A stretch of DNA of 64,000 nt from Candidatus Cloacimonadales bacterium (GTDB lineage Bacteria > Cloacimonadota > Cloacimonadia > Cloacimonadales > DAONDQ01): contig OY759316.1 in the NCBI GenBank assembly GCA_963662275.1, positions 320,001 to 384,000 on the forward strand, written 5' to 3'. The translations under genes were made by a program, and so were the position numbers. Positions 37,888-47,212 of this stretch are shown piece after piece (positions within the stretch are counted from its first letter, which is position 1; the number at the start of each line of letters is the position of its first letter). The notes below the pieces were generated by a model that saw nothing but the letters and a program-made list of their open reading frames with translations, ran no database searches and had not been told where the DNA came from.

Positions 37888-40800
37888 ATGCCAAGATTAG
37901 ATGAAGATTCTGTTTCCACCGTTCCAGCTTTGTTATTACTGCAAAATATTGGTTATGAGCTATTAACAGAAGATGAGGCATTCAAGCTACGAGGTAATCG
38001 GCTGAACAATGTCATCCTGGATGGCATCCTTATCCCATGGTTGAGGGAACATAATCATATTGAGTATAAAGGTCAGAAGATTCCTTTTACGGAAGGGAAT
38101 ATTGTGAATGCAGCCAATGCCCTGAAAGAACTTCCTTTTGATGGTTTGATCCGGACGAATGAACGCATCTATGACCTTCTCTGCCTTGGGAAAAGCATGC
38201 AGCAGACAGTTAATAATGATCTGAACAGTTTTGACATCAAATACATCGATTGGGAAAATCCTGCTAACAATGTATATCACGTTACTACTCAATATGAAGT
38301 TGAACGGACTGCTTCCAATGCTACGAGAATACCGGATATCGTTCTCTTTGTGAATGGCATTCCCTTTGTCATCATCGAATGTAAATCACCCCATATAAAA
38401 GATCCGATAAAAGAGGCAATCTCACAGCATATTCGCAATCAAAAAGAGGAAGAAATACCTAAGTTATTCCTCTATTCCCAGCTTCTATTGTCACTTTCCA
38501 AGAATGAAGCGAAGTATGCTACAACAGGCACTTCGATGAAGTATTGGGCAGTTTGGAAAGAAGAGACACCGGGTTTTGAGCAGGAAGTTGCGGCAAAAAC
38601 TAATGTATCTCTTTCCGGTGCGCAATTAGATGATTTCTTTAGAAAATGCGATGTCGTGTCAGACAACCATGAAGCTTATATCAATAGGAAAACTACAGGG
38701 CAGGACAGGATTCTTTATGCTTTATGCAGACCCGAAAGATTGATGGAACTCGTCTATCGTAACATCCTGTTTGATGCAGGAGAAAAGAAGATAGCCCGTT
38801 ACCAGCAGTACTTCTGTATACAGAAAATCATGTCCCGGATTCATACGAATAACGCAGAAGGTCATCGCCAGGGTGGGGTTGTCTGGCATACCCAGGGAAG
38901 CGGTAAATCCCTCACGATGGTGATGCTGGCAAAAGCTATCGCCTTAGATAAGGAAATCGCGGAAAGCAGGATCGTGCTGGTAACTGATCGTATAGATCTG
39001 GACGACCAGATTTGGGGAACTTTTAAGGATTGCGGGAAAGAAGTTGTGAAAGCAGAAAGCGGCACCCATCTCTCCAAATTATTAACAACAAAAAAAGATA
39101 GTATCATTACTACCGTAATCAATAAATTCGACGCTGCCTTAGGGAGACATGCCGTCAGGAATGAAGACCCGAATATCTTCGTACTGGTGGATGAAGGACA
39201 TAGAAGCCAATATGGGACGATCAATGTCAGTATGAGAAGGGTCTTGCCCAATGCCTGCTATATCGGTTTTACCGGAACACCGATCATGAAAAAGGAAATG
39301 AACACTATCCAGAAGTTTGGTGGATTGATCGATACTTATACCATAGACAAAGCGGTGCAGGATAAAGCTGTTGTACCCTTGCTGTATGAAGGCAGGCATG
39401 TTTCGCAAACCCTCAATGAAGAGCCAATCGATAGCTGGTTTGAACGTATTACAACCGGATTAAGTGATTCACAGAAGACAGATTTAAAACGTAAGTTCGC
39501 AACCACAGATCAACTCAACAAAGCAGAGCAGAAAGTCATGCGGATTGCCTGGGATATTAGCGAGCATTTCAAAAAGAATTGGCAGGGAACAGGCTTTAAA
39601 GCGCAATTAGTAGCACAGGATAAAGCGACAGCACTGCTTTATAAGAGATATCTCGATGAATTTGGGATGGTCAATTCTGAAGTACTGATTTCCGGTCCTG
39701 ATGATCGTGAAGGTGAAGATGATATCTATAAGGAAAACAAAGAAGAAGTGATTCGTTTCTGGAAAGTCATGATGCAGAAGTATGGCAATGAAAAAAACTA
39801 CAATAAAATACTCATCAGTGCTTTTAAATCTTCTGATAATCCTGAAATCATCATCGTTGTCGATAAGCTACTCACAGGCTTTGATGCCCCGAGGAATACC
39901 GTTCTGTACTTAACAAGGAAACTCAAGGATCACACACTATTACAGGCGATCGCCCGTGTGAACAGGTTATTCGATGGGAAGGATTTTGGATTCATACTCG
40001 ATTATCGGGGTGTGTTGGAAAACCTGAACCAAGCATTAGACCTGTATTCTGAACTATCAGATTTTGATCAGGCTGATTTGGAGAATACCTGGATTGATAT
40101 TGAAAAGGAAATAGCGACCATCGGACAAAAGCATTCTGAGTTGTTGTCGATATTCAATGAAGTTCAGAATAAGTCTGATGAAGAGCAATATGAGCTATTG
40201 CTTGCAGATAAGCAGGTTCGAGATAATTTCTATGAAAAACTCTCTGCTTTTGCGAAAGTATTTTCCATTGCCATTGCCAGCGTCCAGTTCATGGAACATA
40301 CAGATACGAAATTAATAGATCGGTACAAATCAGATTTACTCTTCTTTATGAAACTGCGACGCTCTGTGAGCCAGAGATATGCTGATACCGTTGATTTCGG
40401 TGAGTACGAAACGAAAATCCAGAAGCTGATCAATATGTATGTAGGAACAGGAGGGTTGGTTCAAATAACCGAACAAGTGAATATCTTTGATAAAGATGCC
40501 TTTAAATTGGAAGTGGACAGTCTTCATAATGTGGGAGCCAAAGCTGACGCCATTGCGCACAGGACGGCGAAGACGATATCTGAACATTATGAAGAAGATC
40601 CTGTTTATTATAGGAAATTCTCTGAAATGCTGAAACAGGCTATTGATGAGTATCATCATCAGCGCATCCAGGACTCTGAATATCTGCAGAGAGTTCAGGG
40701 AATCATGGATAAGATCATCACCAGGAGCGGGGATAATATTCCTATCCGTCTGCAGTCAGAGGATACTGCCAAAGCATATTATGGCGTGTTGAAGGATGTA

Positions 40801-41043
40801 TTGGATAAAAATGAAAGCTCAGAAGAAAAACTAGCGGAGTTGGCAATCACGATAGATGGGATAATCAAATCTGAAAAAATCGTGAATTGGTCGCACAACA
40901 ATGACGTTCAGAATAAAATGAAAAACCGCTTGGAAGACGAGATATTCAAGTTCAGGAAGCAAAATGATTTGGTAATTACTTTCGATGAGATAGATGAAAT
41001 TATGGAACAATGTATCAAAATAGCTAAAGTAAGGATTCCATAG
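37888..41043 (+). CDS. hsdR: Type I restriction endonuclease subunit R
   Basis: PDIVLFVNGIPFVIIECK nuclease, HTQGSGKS, DEGHRSQ, FTGTP, LLTGFDAP, QAIARVNR. Confidence 0.97.
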   Translation: MPRLDEDSVSTVPALLLLQNIGYELLTEDEAFKLRGNRLNNVILDGILIPWLREHNHIEYKGQKIPFTEGNIVNAANALKELPFDGLIRTNERIYDLLCLGKSMQQTVNNDLNSFDIKYIDWENPANNVYHVTTQYEVERTASNATRIPDIVLFVNGIPFVIIECKSPHIKDPIKEAISQHIRNQKEEEIPKLFLYSQLLLSLSKNEAKYATTGTSMKYWAVWKEETPGFEQEVAAKTNVSLSGAQLDDFFRKCDVVSDNHEAYINRKTTGQDRILYALCRPERLMELVYRNILFDAGEKKIARYQQYFCIQKIMSRIHTNNAEGHRQGGVVWHTQGSGKSLTMVMLAKAIALDKEIAESRIVLVTDRIDLDDQIWGTFKDCGKEVVKAESGTHLSKLLTTKKDSIITTVINKFDAALGRHAVRNEDPNIFVLVDEGHRSQYGTINVSMRRVLPNACYIGFTGTPIMKKEMNTIQKFGGLIDTYTIDKAVQDKAVVPLLYEGRHVSQTLNEEPIDSWFERITTGLSDSQKTDLKRKFATTDQLNKAEQKVMRIAWDISEHFKKNWQGTGFKAQLVAQDKATALLYKRYLDEFGMVNSEVLISGPDDREGEDDIYKENKEEVIRFWKVMMQKYGNEKNYNKILISAFKSSDNPEIIIVVDKLLTGFDAPRNTVLYLTRKLKDHTLLQAIARVNRLFDGKDFGFILDYRGVLENLNQALDLYSELSDFDQADLENTWIDIEKEIATIGQKHSELLSIFNEVQNKSDEEQYELLLADKQVRDNFYEKLSAFAKVFSIAIASVQFMEHTDTKLIDRYKSDLLFFMKLRRSVSQRYADTVDFGEYETKIQKLINMYVGTGGLVQITEQVNIFDKDAFKLEVDSLHNVGAKADAIAHRTAKTISEHYEEDPVYYRKFSEMLKQAIDEYHHQRIQDSEYLQRVQGIMDKIITRSGDNIPIRLQSEDTAKAYYGVLKDVLDKNESSEEKLAELAITIDGIIKSEKIVNWSHNNDVQNKMKNRLEDEIFKFRKQNDLVITFDEIDEIMEQCIKIAKVRIP

Positions 41044-41781
41044 ATGTCGGAAGATAGCAAAGTAATTGATGATTATCATTTGAATCTATTTTATAACGGA
41101 CAAAAGTATGATATATTCTTTTTTCTCGAGGACAACCGAAAGCGAATAACGTATAAAGTTACTCCTTCTAAACAAATTCATATTACCTGTCCAATTGGTA
41201 TTAAACAAGAAAGATTTGGTTCACTGATTGAAAAAAAGAAAAAGTGGATTGTTAAACAATTAGATTTTTTCGAAGAAATGATCATGCAACCAGTGACCAG
41301 GCAATATATTAGTGGTGAAACCTATTTATATTTAGGAAGGCAATATCGTTTAAAGGTTATCGAGGGTGAGAAATCAAGCATCAAATTGATTGGTCAATTC
41401 CTTGTGATTGAGATGAGGAATGTGCATGATCTAGAATTAGCTGAAAAGTTGATGAATAGATGGTATAAAGACCATGCAATAGAATACATTCAACGAAGAA
41501 TTGAGATACATAGTAAGTATTTTGAAGAACGTTATCCATGTAAAATTGAATATAGGTACAGGTATTTACGCAAATCATGGGGTAAATGCTCGCAAAAGGG
41601 TGTTATCGTATTTAATGTGGATCTGATTAAAGCACCGGTACATTGCATCGATTATATCATTGTACATGAATTATGCCATCTCATTTGTTGGAATCATGAT
41701 CGTAAGTTTTGGGGCTTGGTATCCAGGATATTGCCCGATTGGGAAGCACGGAAGAAGAGATTGGAGAAGGTGCAGATATAG
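41044..41781 (+). CDS. DUF45/YgjP (SprT-like, M48) metallohydrolase
   Basis: YISGETYLYLGRQYRL, WGKCS, IDYIIVHELCH...NH. Confidence 0.9.
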   Translation: MSEDSKVIDDYHLNLFYNGQKYDIFFFLEDNRKRITYKVTPSKQIHITCPIGIKQERFGSLIEKKKKWIVKQLDFFEEMIMQPVTRQYISGETYLYLGRQYRLKVIEGEKSSIKLIGQFLVIEMRNVHDLELAEKLMNRWYKDHAIEYIQRRIEIHSKYFEERYPCKIEYRYRYLRKSWGKCSQKGVIVFNVDLIKAPVHCIDYIIVHELCHLICWNHDRKFWGLVSRILPDWEARKKRLEKVQI

Positions 41782-42343
41782 TGGCGTCCTACGGACTCAC
41801 GAGAAGTTCGAAGTGCGAAGTTCGATGTACGAAGTAGCGGAGAATAGCGAGAGCAGAACATTCACCCAGAAATGAATTTCTGGGCTAGCAGAGTTTCGTC
41901 CTTCGGACTGGATAGAAGATAGTAAGATCGGAATCTTACTCCACGAAGAGAAGATAGCAGGAAAGGTATCTTGCGCAACATGAATAGCTCCCGATGCTGC
42001 TAGATCAGAGAAAAATCAATTATTACAAACTGATACTCTAAACTGCAAGAAGTGATAGATAAATATATTACTTAATTGATATATTCGATATGAAGATAGG
42101 CATGAATTGCAAAAGATTTAAACAACCACCGATTATTAATGTTGGAAAACTTATAATTCTACATCTGCAATTTGTCCAGCGTTGTTTTTGTGGTATTATC
42201 TGCAGAAATCTTGTCACAATTTGTAGTTTGGTTTGTCACATGATAGTTCTTCTCTGAATTCGTACGTTGCAATTTTCTTCTTGACAGGTTTTACTATTTC
42301 AGAATTTATCGAATCAAATAAATAAAAAGGACGGTAAAACTTC

Positions 42344-42433
42344 ATGAAGAATATGATACTTGCTCTTCAGACCCTTACCCGTGAAGGTTTTATCCACGGA
42401 AATAGGGAAAATCCGTCCATGGACAGCGTTTGA
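42344..42433 (+). CDS. Putative 29-aa leader peptide (attenuator)
   Basis: AAAGGACGG RBS; MKNMILALQTLTREGFIHGNRENPSMDSV*; followed by terminators; TTGACA at 42281 upstream. Confidence 0.55.
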   Translation: MKNMILALQTLTREGFIHGNRENPSMDSV

Positions 42434-42453
42434 TTTAAAAAAGATAGAATTTC

Positions 42454-42530
42454 AAAGCCACGGACGGAAAAAATACAGGTTCGTGGCTTTTTTTATTGAG
42501 CCGCGGATCGATGGGATACGCGGTTTTTTT
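42454..42530 (+). terminator. Two tandem intrinsic terminators in the ABC-exporter leader
   Basis: AAAGCCACGGAC...GTTCGTGGCTTT-TTTT and AGCCGCG...CGCGGTT-TTTTT. Confidence 0.75.
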
Positions 42531-42557
42531 GTGGAAAAATGAAATTGGAACGAAAGA

Positions 42558-43005
42558 GACCCCCCTACCCCCCTTCTCAAGGGGGGATAAGTCAAAGCCT
42601 TCTCAAGGGGGGATAAGTCAAAGCCTTCTCAAAGGGGGATAAGTCAAAGCCTTCTCAAAGGGGGATAAGTCAAAGCCTTCTCAAAGGGGGATAAGTCAAA
42701 GCCTTCTCAAGGGGGGATAAGTCAAAGCCTTCTCAAGGGGGGATAAGTCAAAGCCTTCTCAAGGGGGGATAAGTCAAAGCCTTCTCAAGGGGGGATAAGT
42801 CAAAGCCTTCTCAAGGGGGGATAAGTCAAAGCCTTCTCAAAGGGGGATAAGTCAAAGCCTTCTCAAAGGGGGATAAGTCAAAGCCTTCTCAAAGGGGGAT
42901 AAGTCAGAAGCCTTCTCAAGGGAGGATAAGTCAAAGCCTTCTCAAGGGGTAGGGGCAATAGCTACGCTTCCTAAATCCCCCCTTGAGAAGGGGGGTAGGG
43001 GGGTC
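42558..43005. repeat. 26-bp tandem array (14 full units plus 1 partial, 42572-42949) within a perfect 31-bp inverted repeat
   Basis: Unit CCTTCTCAA(G/A)GGGGGATAAGTCAAAG; IR GACCCCCCTACCCCCCTTCTCAAGGGGGGAT at 42558-42588 and 42975-43005. Confidence 0.95.
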
Positions 43006-43039
43006 GAAACGGGATTAGAAAAAATAGGAGATTATTAAA

Positions 43040-44902
43040 ATGCAACGCTTGAAATTGTTATGGGATTTGTTAAAAGGAAGCAGGACATTATACGTGCTTG
43101 CCATTGTATCGGTTGGAATGGCAACATTATTTTCATTTATGTCACCGCTTGTTTTGCGGACGACGATAGATTCAGTATTAGGGAAAAAGGCGATTGATCT
43201 GCCTTTGTGGTTTGTCCATTTGATTCATGGAGAGGCTGGAATCAACTATGTTGCGCATAATCTGTGGGTTGCAGGTGTGCTGTTATTCATGATAGCAGGT
43301 TTCGCCAGCATATTCCAGTATTTAAAAGGCAGATGGTCTGCCCAGGCTTCAGAAAGATTTGCCAGGATATTACGAGATAGATTGTATGATCATCTTCAGC
43401 GCTTACCATTCTCCTATCATGCCAAGGCTGAAACCGGAGATTTGGTTCAACGCTGTACTTCTGATGTAGACACAATCCGCAGATTTCTCTCTATTCAATT
43501 GGTGGAAGTTGGACGTGCTATCATCATGCTAATCCTGGTAATTCCCATCATGCTGTATCTGAATGTGAAGATGACGATTATGTCTATGGCAATTATACCT
43601 GTGATATTTGCTTATGCTGTCATCTTTTTCATCAAGGTGAAAGCAGCCTTTAAAATAGCCGATGAAGCAGAAGGTGCGCTTACAACAGTATTACAGGAAG
43701 CTCTAAGTGGTATTCGTGTCGTAAGAGCATTTGCCCGCCAGAAATATGAGTTAGCCAAGTTTGAGCAGAAGAATGAAGATATGCGTAATAAGATATACTG
43801 GCTGATTCGTCTTCTTGCCTGGTACTGGTCAGTATCCGATTTCCTCTGTATGCTCCAGATAGGTATTGTATTGTTGATCGGTTCATATTATGCCATGGGC
43901 GGTGAGATTACACTGGGTACTTTAATTGTATTCATGACATATGAAGGTTCCATGCTATGGCCTATCAGGCAGATGGGACGTGTTTTGACCGATATGGGAA
44001 AAGCACTTGTATCACTGACACGTGTGAATGAGATCTTAAGTGAACCGATTGAAATTGTGGAAGGCACAACAGAGCTATCAGATGATTATCAGTTTAAGGG
44101 TGAAATTGAATTCAGAAAACTTAGTTTTGGATACTCTGATGAACATCTGATTTTGAAGGATGTGGATTTTCACGCAGAACCGGGACAGACAATTGCCATT
44201 CTCGGTGCAACGGGTTCAGGAAAATCAACGCTGGTGAATTTGATCCCGAGACTGTATGATTACCATTATGGTTCAATATTGTTGGATGGACATGAACTGA
44301 ACACTATAGACCGGAAGTTGCTGAGAAAGCAAGTCGGAATTGTATTGCAAGAACCATATCTGTATTCGAAGACATTGAAGCAGAATATCAGCCTGGCTAA
44401 TCATTTAGCAGCGGATGAGGATATATTTGAAGCAGCACGTGTGGCATCGGTTCATGATGTGATTCTTGCCTTTGAACAAGGCTATGAAACGGCAGTTGGT
44501 GAGAAAGGCGTGACGTTATCAGGTGGACAGAAGCAGCGAGTCGCCATAGCACGTGCAATTCTGCAGGATGTTTCCATCCTGATATTTGATGATTCATTAA
44601 GTGCTGTGGATACGGAAACAGATCGTCATATCCAGAATGCTCTGAAAACAAGAAAAGGGAAAGCGACTACATTCATCATCTCCCATCGATTGACGACATT
44701 ATCCCAAGCGGATAAGATTCTTGTGCTGGAAAAGGGGACAATCGTTGAATCTGGAACGCATGAGGAATTGATTGAACATGCCGGCGTATATCAAAGAATC
44801 TGGAATTTGCAGAATAATCTGGATGAAGAAATTGAATTGGGTATCCAATTAACAGAAAAGAAAGTCACTGCAGTTGCTGCTGCTGCTGATTTCGCAGTAT
44901 AA
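43040..44902 (+). CDS. ABC exporter, fused TMD-ATPase, subunit 1
   Basis: Six-TM domain; GATGSGKST, LSGGQKQR, degenerate Walker B IFDDSLSAVD. Confidence 0.93.
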   Translation: MQRLKLLWDLLKGSRTLYVLAIVSVGMATLFSFMSPLVLRTTIDSVLGKKAIDLPLWFVHLIHGEAGINYVAHNLWVAGVLLFMIAGFASIFQYLKGRWSAQASERFARILRDRLYDHLQRLPFSYHAKAETGDLVQRCTSDVDTIRRFLSIQLVEVGRAIIMLILVIPIMLYLNVKMTIMSMAIIPVIFAYAVIFFIKVKAAFKIADEAEGALTTVLQEALSGIRVVRAFARQKYELAKFEQKNEDMRNKIYWLIRLLAWYWSVSDFLCMLQIGIVLLIGSYYAMGGEITLGTLIVFMTYEGSMLWPIRQMGRVLTDMGKALVSLTRVNEILSEPIEIVEGTTELSDDYQFKGEIEFRKLSFGYSDEHLILKDVDFHAEPGQTIAILGATGSGKSTLVNLIPRLYDYHYGSILLDGHELNTIDRKLLRKQVGIVLQEPYLYSKTLKQNISLANHLAADEDIFEAARVASVHDVILAFEQGYETAVGEKGVTLSGGQKQRVAIARAILQDVSILIFDDSLSAVDTETDRHIQNALKTRKGKATTFIISHRLTTLSQADKILVLEKGTIVESGTHEELIEHAGVYQRIWNLQNNLDEEIELGIQLTEKKVTAVAAAADFAV

Positions 44903-45162
44903 GGTTTTGGAGTTTACATGAAAGCTAAGAGTTTGGAGTTCAGATTTCCTTCGAATCTACTACGACTTCTCAAGTAATAGGAAATTCGGACTTCAAAATC
45001 GACCTTTCATCATCGGTAGCGAAAACCCGTTTTCAATTAAGTTCAAAACCGACATTTCATGTCAAGTAGTGAAAACCTACTTTCATGAGAAATTGAGATT
45101 AAACGTTGTAGGATTCAGCAGGAACAGCGTCCTGCTCTACATAGATACTAAAGGAGAAATCC

Positions 45163-46974
45163 ATGTCTACCACTGTTTTTAAAGAAAAAGAATATTCAAA
45201 GCGCTTTGATTTATCTTTATGGGTGAAAGTACTCAAACAAACAAAGCCATACAGAAAGGAAATGATCTTTCTTTCACTCGTCATGGGAATGGTAGCAGCC
45301 GTAGATGCTCTTTTTCCACAAATGACCAAGATAGCGATCGATCATTTCGTAACGCCCAGGCACTTTAGAGGATTGTTGACCTATACCTTGCAATACTTGG
45401 GGCTTATACTAGTCCAGGTAGTGAACATCTGGCTGTTGATCGCTGTGGCGGGAAAAGTCGAGACCAGTATTAATTATACTTTAAGGAAGAAAGGATATGA
45501 GCGCTTGCAGGCACTGTCTTTCTCCTACTATGATGTAACACCAGTTGGGTGGTTGATCAGCAGGATGACATCTGATATAGGACGATTAGGTGACTTGATT
45601 GCCTGGGGTATTGTTGATTTTGCCTGGGGTGTTTTCATGATGATATTCGTGATGGGTTTCATGTTTTCGATGAACTGGAAACTGGCGCTGCTTGTCATCA
45701 GTATGATTCCTCTACTAGTTTGGGTCAGCAGCAAATTCCAAATATCCATATTAAAAAGCTATAGGGAAGTGAGAAAGACGAATTCACAGATCACCGGTTC
45801 CTTTAATGAAGGAATTATGGGAGCTAAGACAACGAAGACCTTGGTTCGTGAAGATGAGAATCTGCATGAATTTAAAAGTCTAACATCGACGATGTACCAT
45901 TCTTCGGTTAGAGCCGCAGTCCTTTCTTCCCTATACTTCCCAATTGTGCTATTGATCGGCACCCTGGGAGGCGCATTAGTCCTCTGGGTTGGCGGGTACC
46001 AGGTCGGGGCTCAAATCATCACTTATGGTACTTTGGTTGCCTTTATGGCTTATGCTAGCCAGTTCTTTGAACCGATATCCAATATGGCGAGGATATTCGC
46101 AGAAATGCAAAATGCCCAGGCAGCGGCAGAGCGTATATTTTCCATGATGGAAACCGAGCCGGATATTATGGATGGAGATGATATTATTACAGATGAATCC
46201 ATACTATCCAAACCCATGAAAGGAGAAATTGAATTCAAGAATGTCAGTTTCCAATATAAGGAAGGGGAGAAAGTACTTGAGAATTTCAATCTGCATCTGA
46301 AACCAGGTCAGAAGATTGCCTTGGTTGGTGAGACCGGCTCAGGCAAGAGCACGATTGTTAACCTGATCTGTCGTTTTTATCAACCTACTGAAGGTCAGAT
46401 ATTGATTGATGGCATAGATTATACTAAGTTACCGCTTCATTGGCTTCAATCGAAGCTGGGGTATGTATTACAGAATCCTCATCTGTTCAGTGGTAGCATT
46501 CGGGACAATATCCGTTATGGCAGGTTGGATGCTACGGATGTGGAGATCGAGCATGTATGCAGATTAGTGAATGCTCATGAGTTCATCATAGAATTTGAGA
46601 AAGGTTATGAGCATGAAGTGGGTGAAGGAGGAAACTTATTATCCACAGGGCAAAAACAGCTAATCTCATTTGCACGGGCATTATTGGCAAACCCGGCGTT
46701 ATTTATCCTTGATGAAGCCACTTCTTCTGTAGACACAGAGACGGAAGTTTTGATTCAGAAAGCCATTGATAAAGTCCTGGAAGGAAGAACGAGTTTCATT
46801 ATTGCTCATCGGTTATCGACAATACGTTCTGCAGACAGGATATTGGTAATTCAGGATGGTAAAATAATAGAAGATGGTAGTCACCAAACCTTGATACACC
46901 AGCGAGGGCATTACTATCGACTGTACACGAATCAATTCCTGGAAGAGAAGGAATTGGAAATATTGGCTTCGTAA
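45163..46974 (+). CDS. ABC exporter, fused TMD-ATPase, subunit 2
   Basis: GETGSGKST, degenerate signature LSTGQKQL, canonical ILDEATSSVD; heterodimer pattern with 43040-44902. Confidence 0.93.
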   Translation: MSTTVFKEKEYSKRFDLSLWVKVLKQTKPYRKEMIFLSLVMGMVAAVDALFPQMTKIAIDHFVTPRHFRGLLTYTLQYLGLILVQVVNIWLLIAVAGKVETSINYTLRKKGYERLQALSFSYYDVTPVGWLISRMTSDIGRLGDLIAWGIVDFAWGVFMMIFVMGFMFSMNWKLALLVISMIPLLVWVSSKFQISILKSYREVRKTNSQITGSFNEGIMGAKTTKTLVREDENLHEFKSLTSTMYHSSVRAAVLSSLYFPIVLLIGTLGGALVLWVGGYQVGAQIITYGTLVAFMAYASQFFEPISNMARIFAEMQNAQAAAERIFSMMETEPDIMDGDDIITDESILSKPMKGEIEFKNVSFQYKEGEKVLENFNLHLKPGQKIALVGETGSGKSTIVNLICRFYQPTEGQILIDGIDYTKLPLHWLQSKLGYVLQNPHLFSGSIRDNIRYGRLDATDVEIEHVCRLVNAHEFIIEFEKGYEHEVGEGGNLLSTGQKQLISFARALLANPALFILDEATSSVDTETEVLIQKAIDKVLEGRTSFIIAHRLSTIRSADRILVIQDGKIIEDGSHQTLIHQRGHYYRLYTNQFLEEKELEILAS

Positions 46975-47161
46975 AGTAAACTAAAAACTTGGAGTTCAAA
47001 TCGCCTTCGCTTGCTTATGTTTGTATCGAATGTAAAGGCGATTCGGACTTTCAAGTTTTTATATCTACACTGTGAATGTCGGGCGGTAGCTCCGCTTTTA
47101 CGCGGTTATAGCATAGGACTCCGATGGCTTCGAAATACATACATACGAAAGTATGTGCTAC

Positions 47162-47191
47162 AAAAAAAAGGGCGAGTTTGCACTCGCCCTT
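47162..47191 (-). terminator. Intrinsic terminator of the barrel-barrel-nucleotidase operon
   Basis: Minus strand AAGGGCGAGT-GCAA-ACTCGCCCTT followed by a T-tract. Confidence 0.8.
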
Positions 47192-47212
47192 CATATATAT
47201 AGCTTGGAATTC

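Noticed and set aside
33832..40659. Antisense ORFs inside hsdM, rhuM and hsdR (and similar short overlapping ORFs elsewhere)
   Set aside because: They are shadows of well-supported genes on the opposite strand or in another frame.
42360..42542. 60-aa ORF from the track
   Set aside because: TTG start without an RBS, and it crosses both terminators; the ATG 42344 leader ORF is better supported.
42572..42949. CRISPR array
   Set aside because: The units are contiguous 26-mers with no unique spacers, and there are no cas genes in the window.
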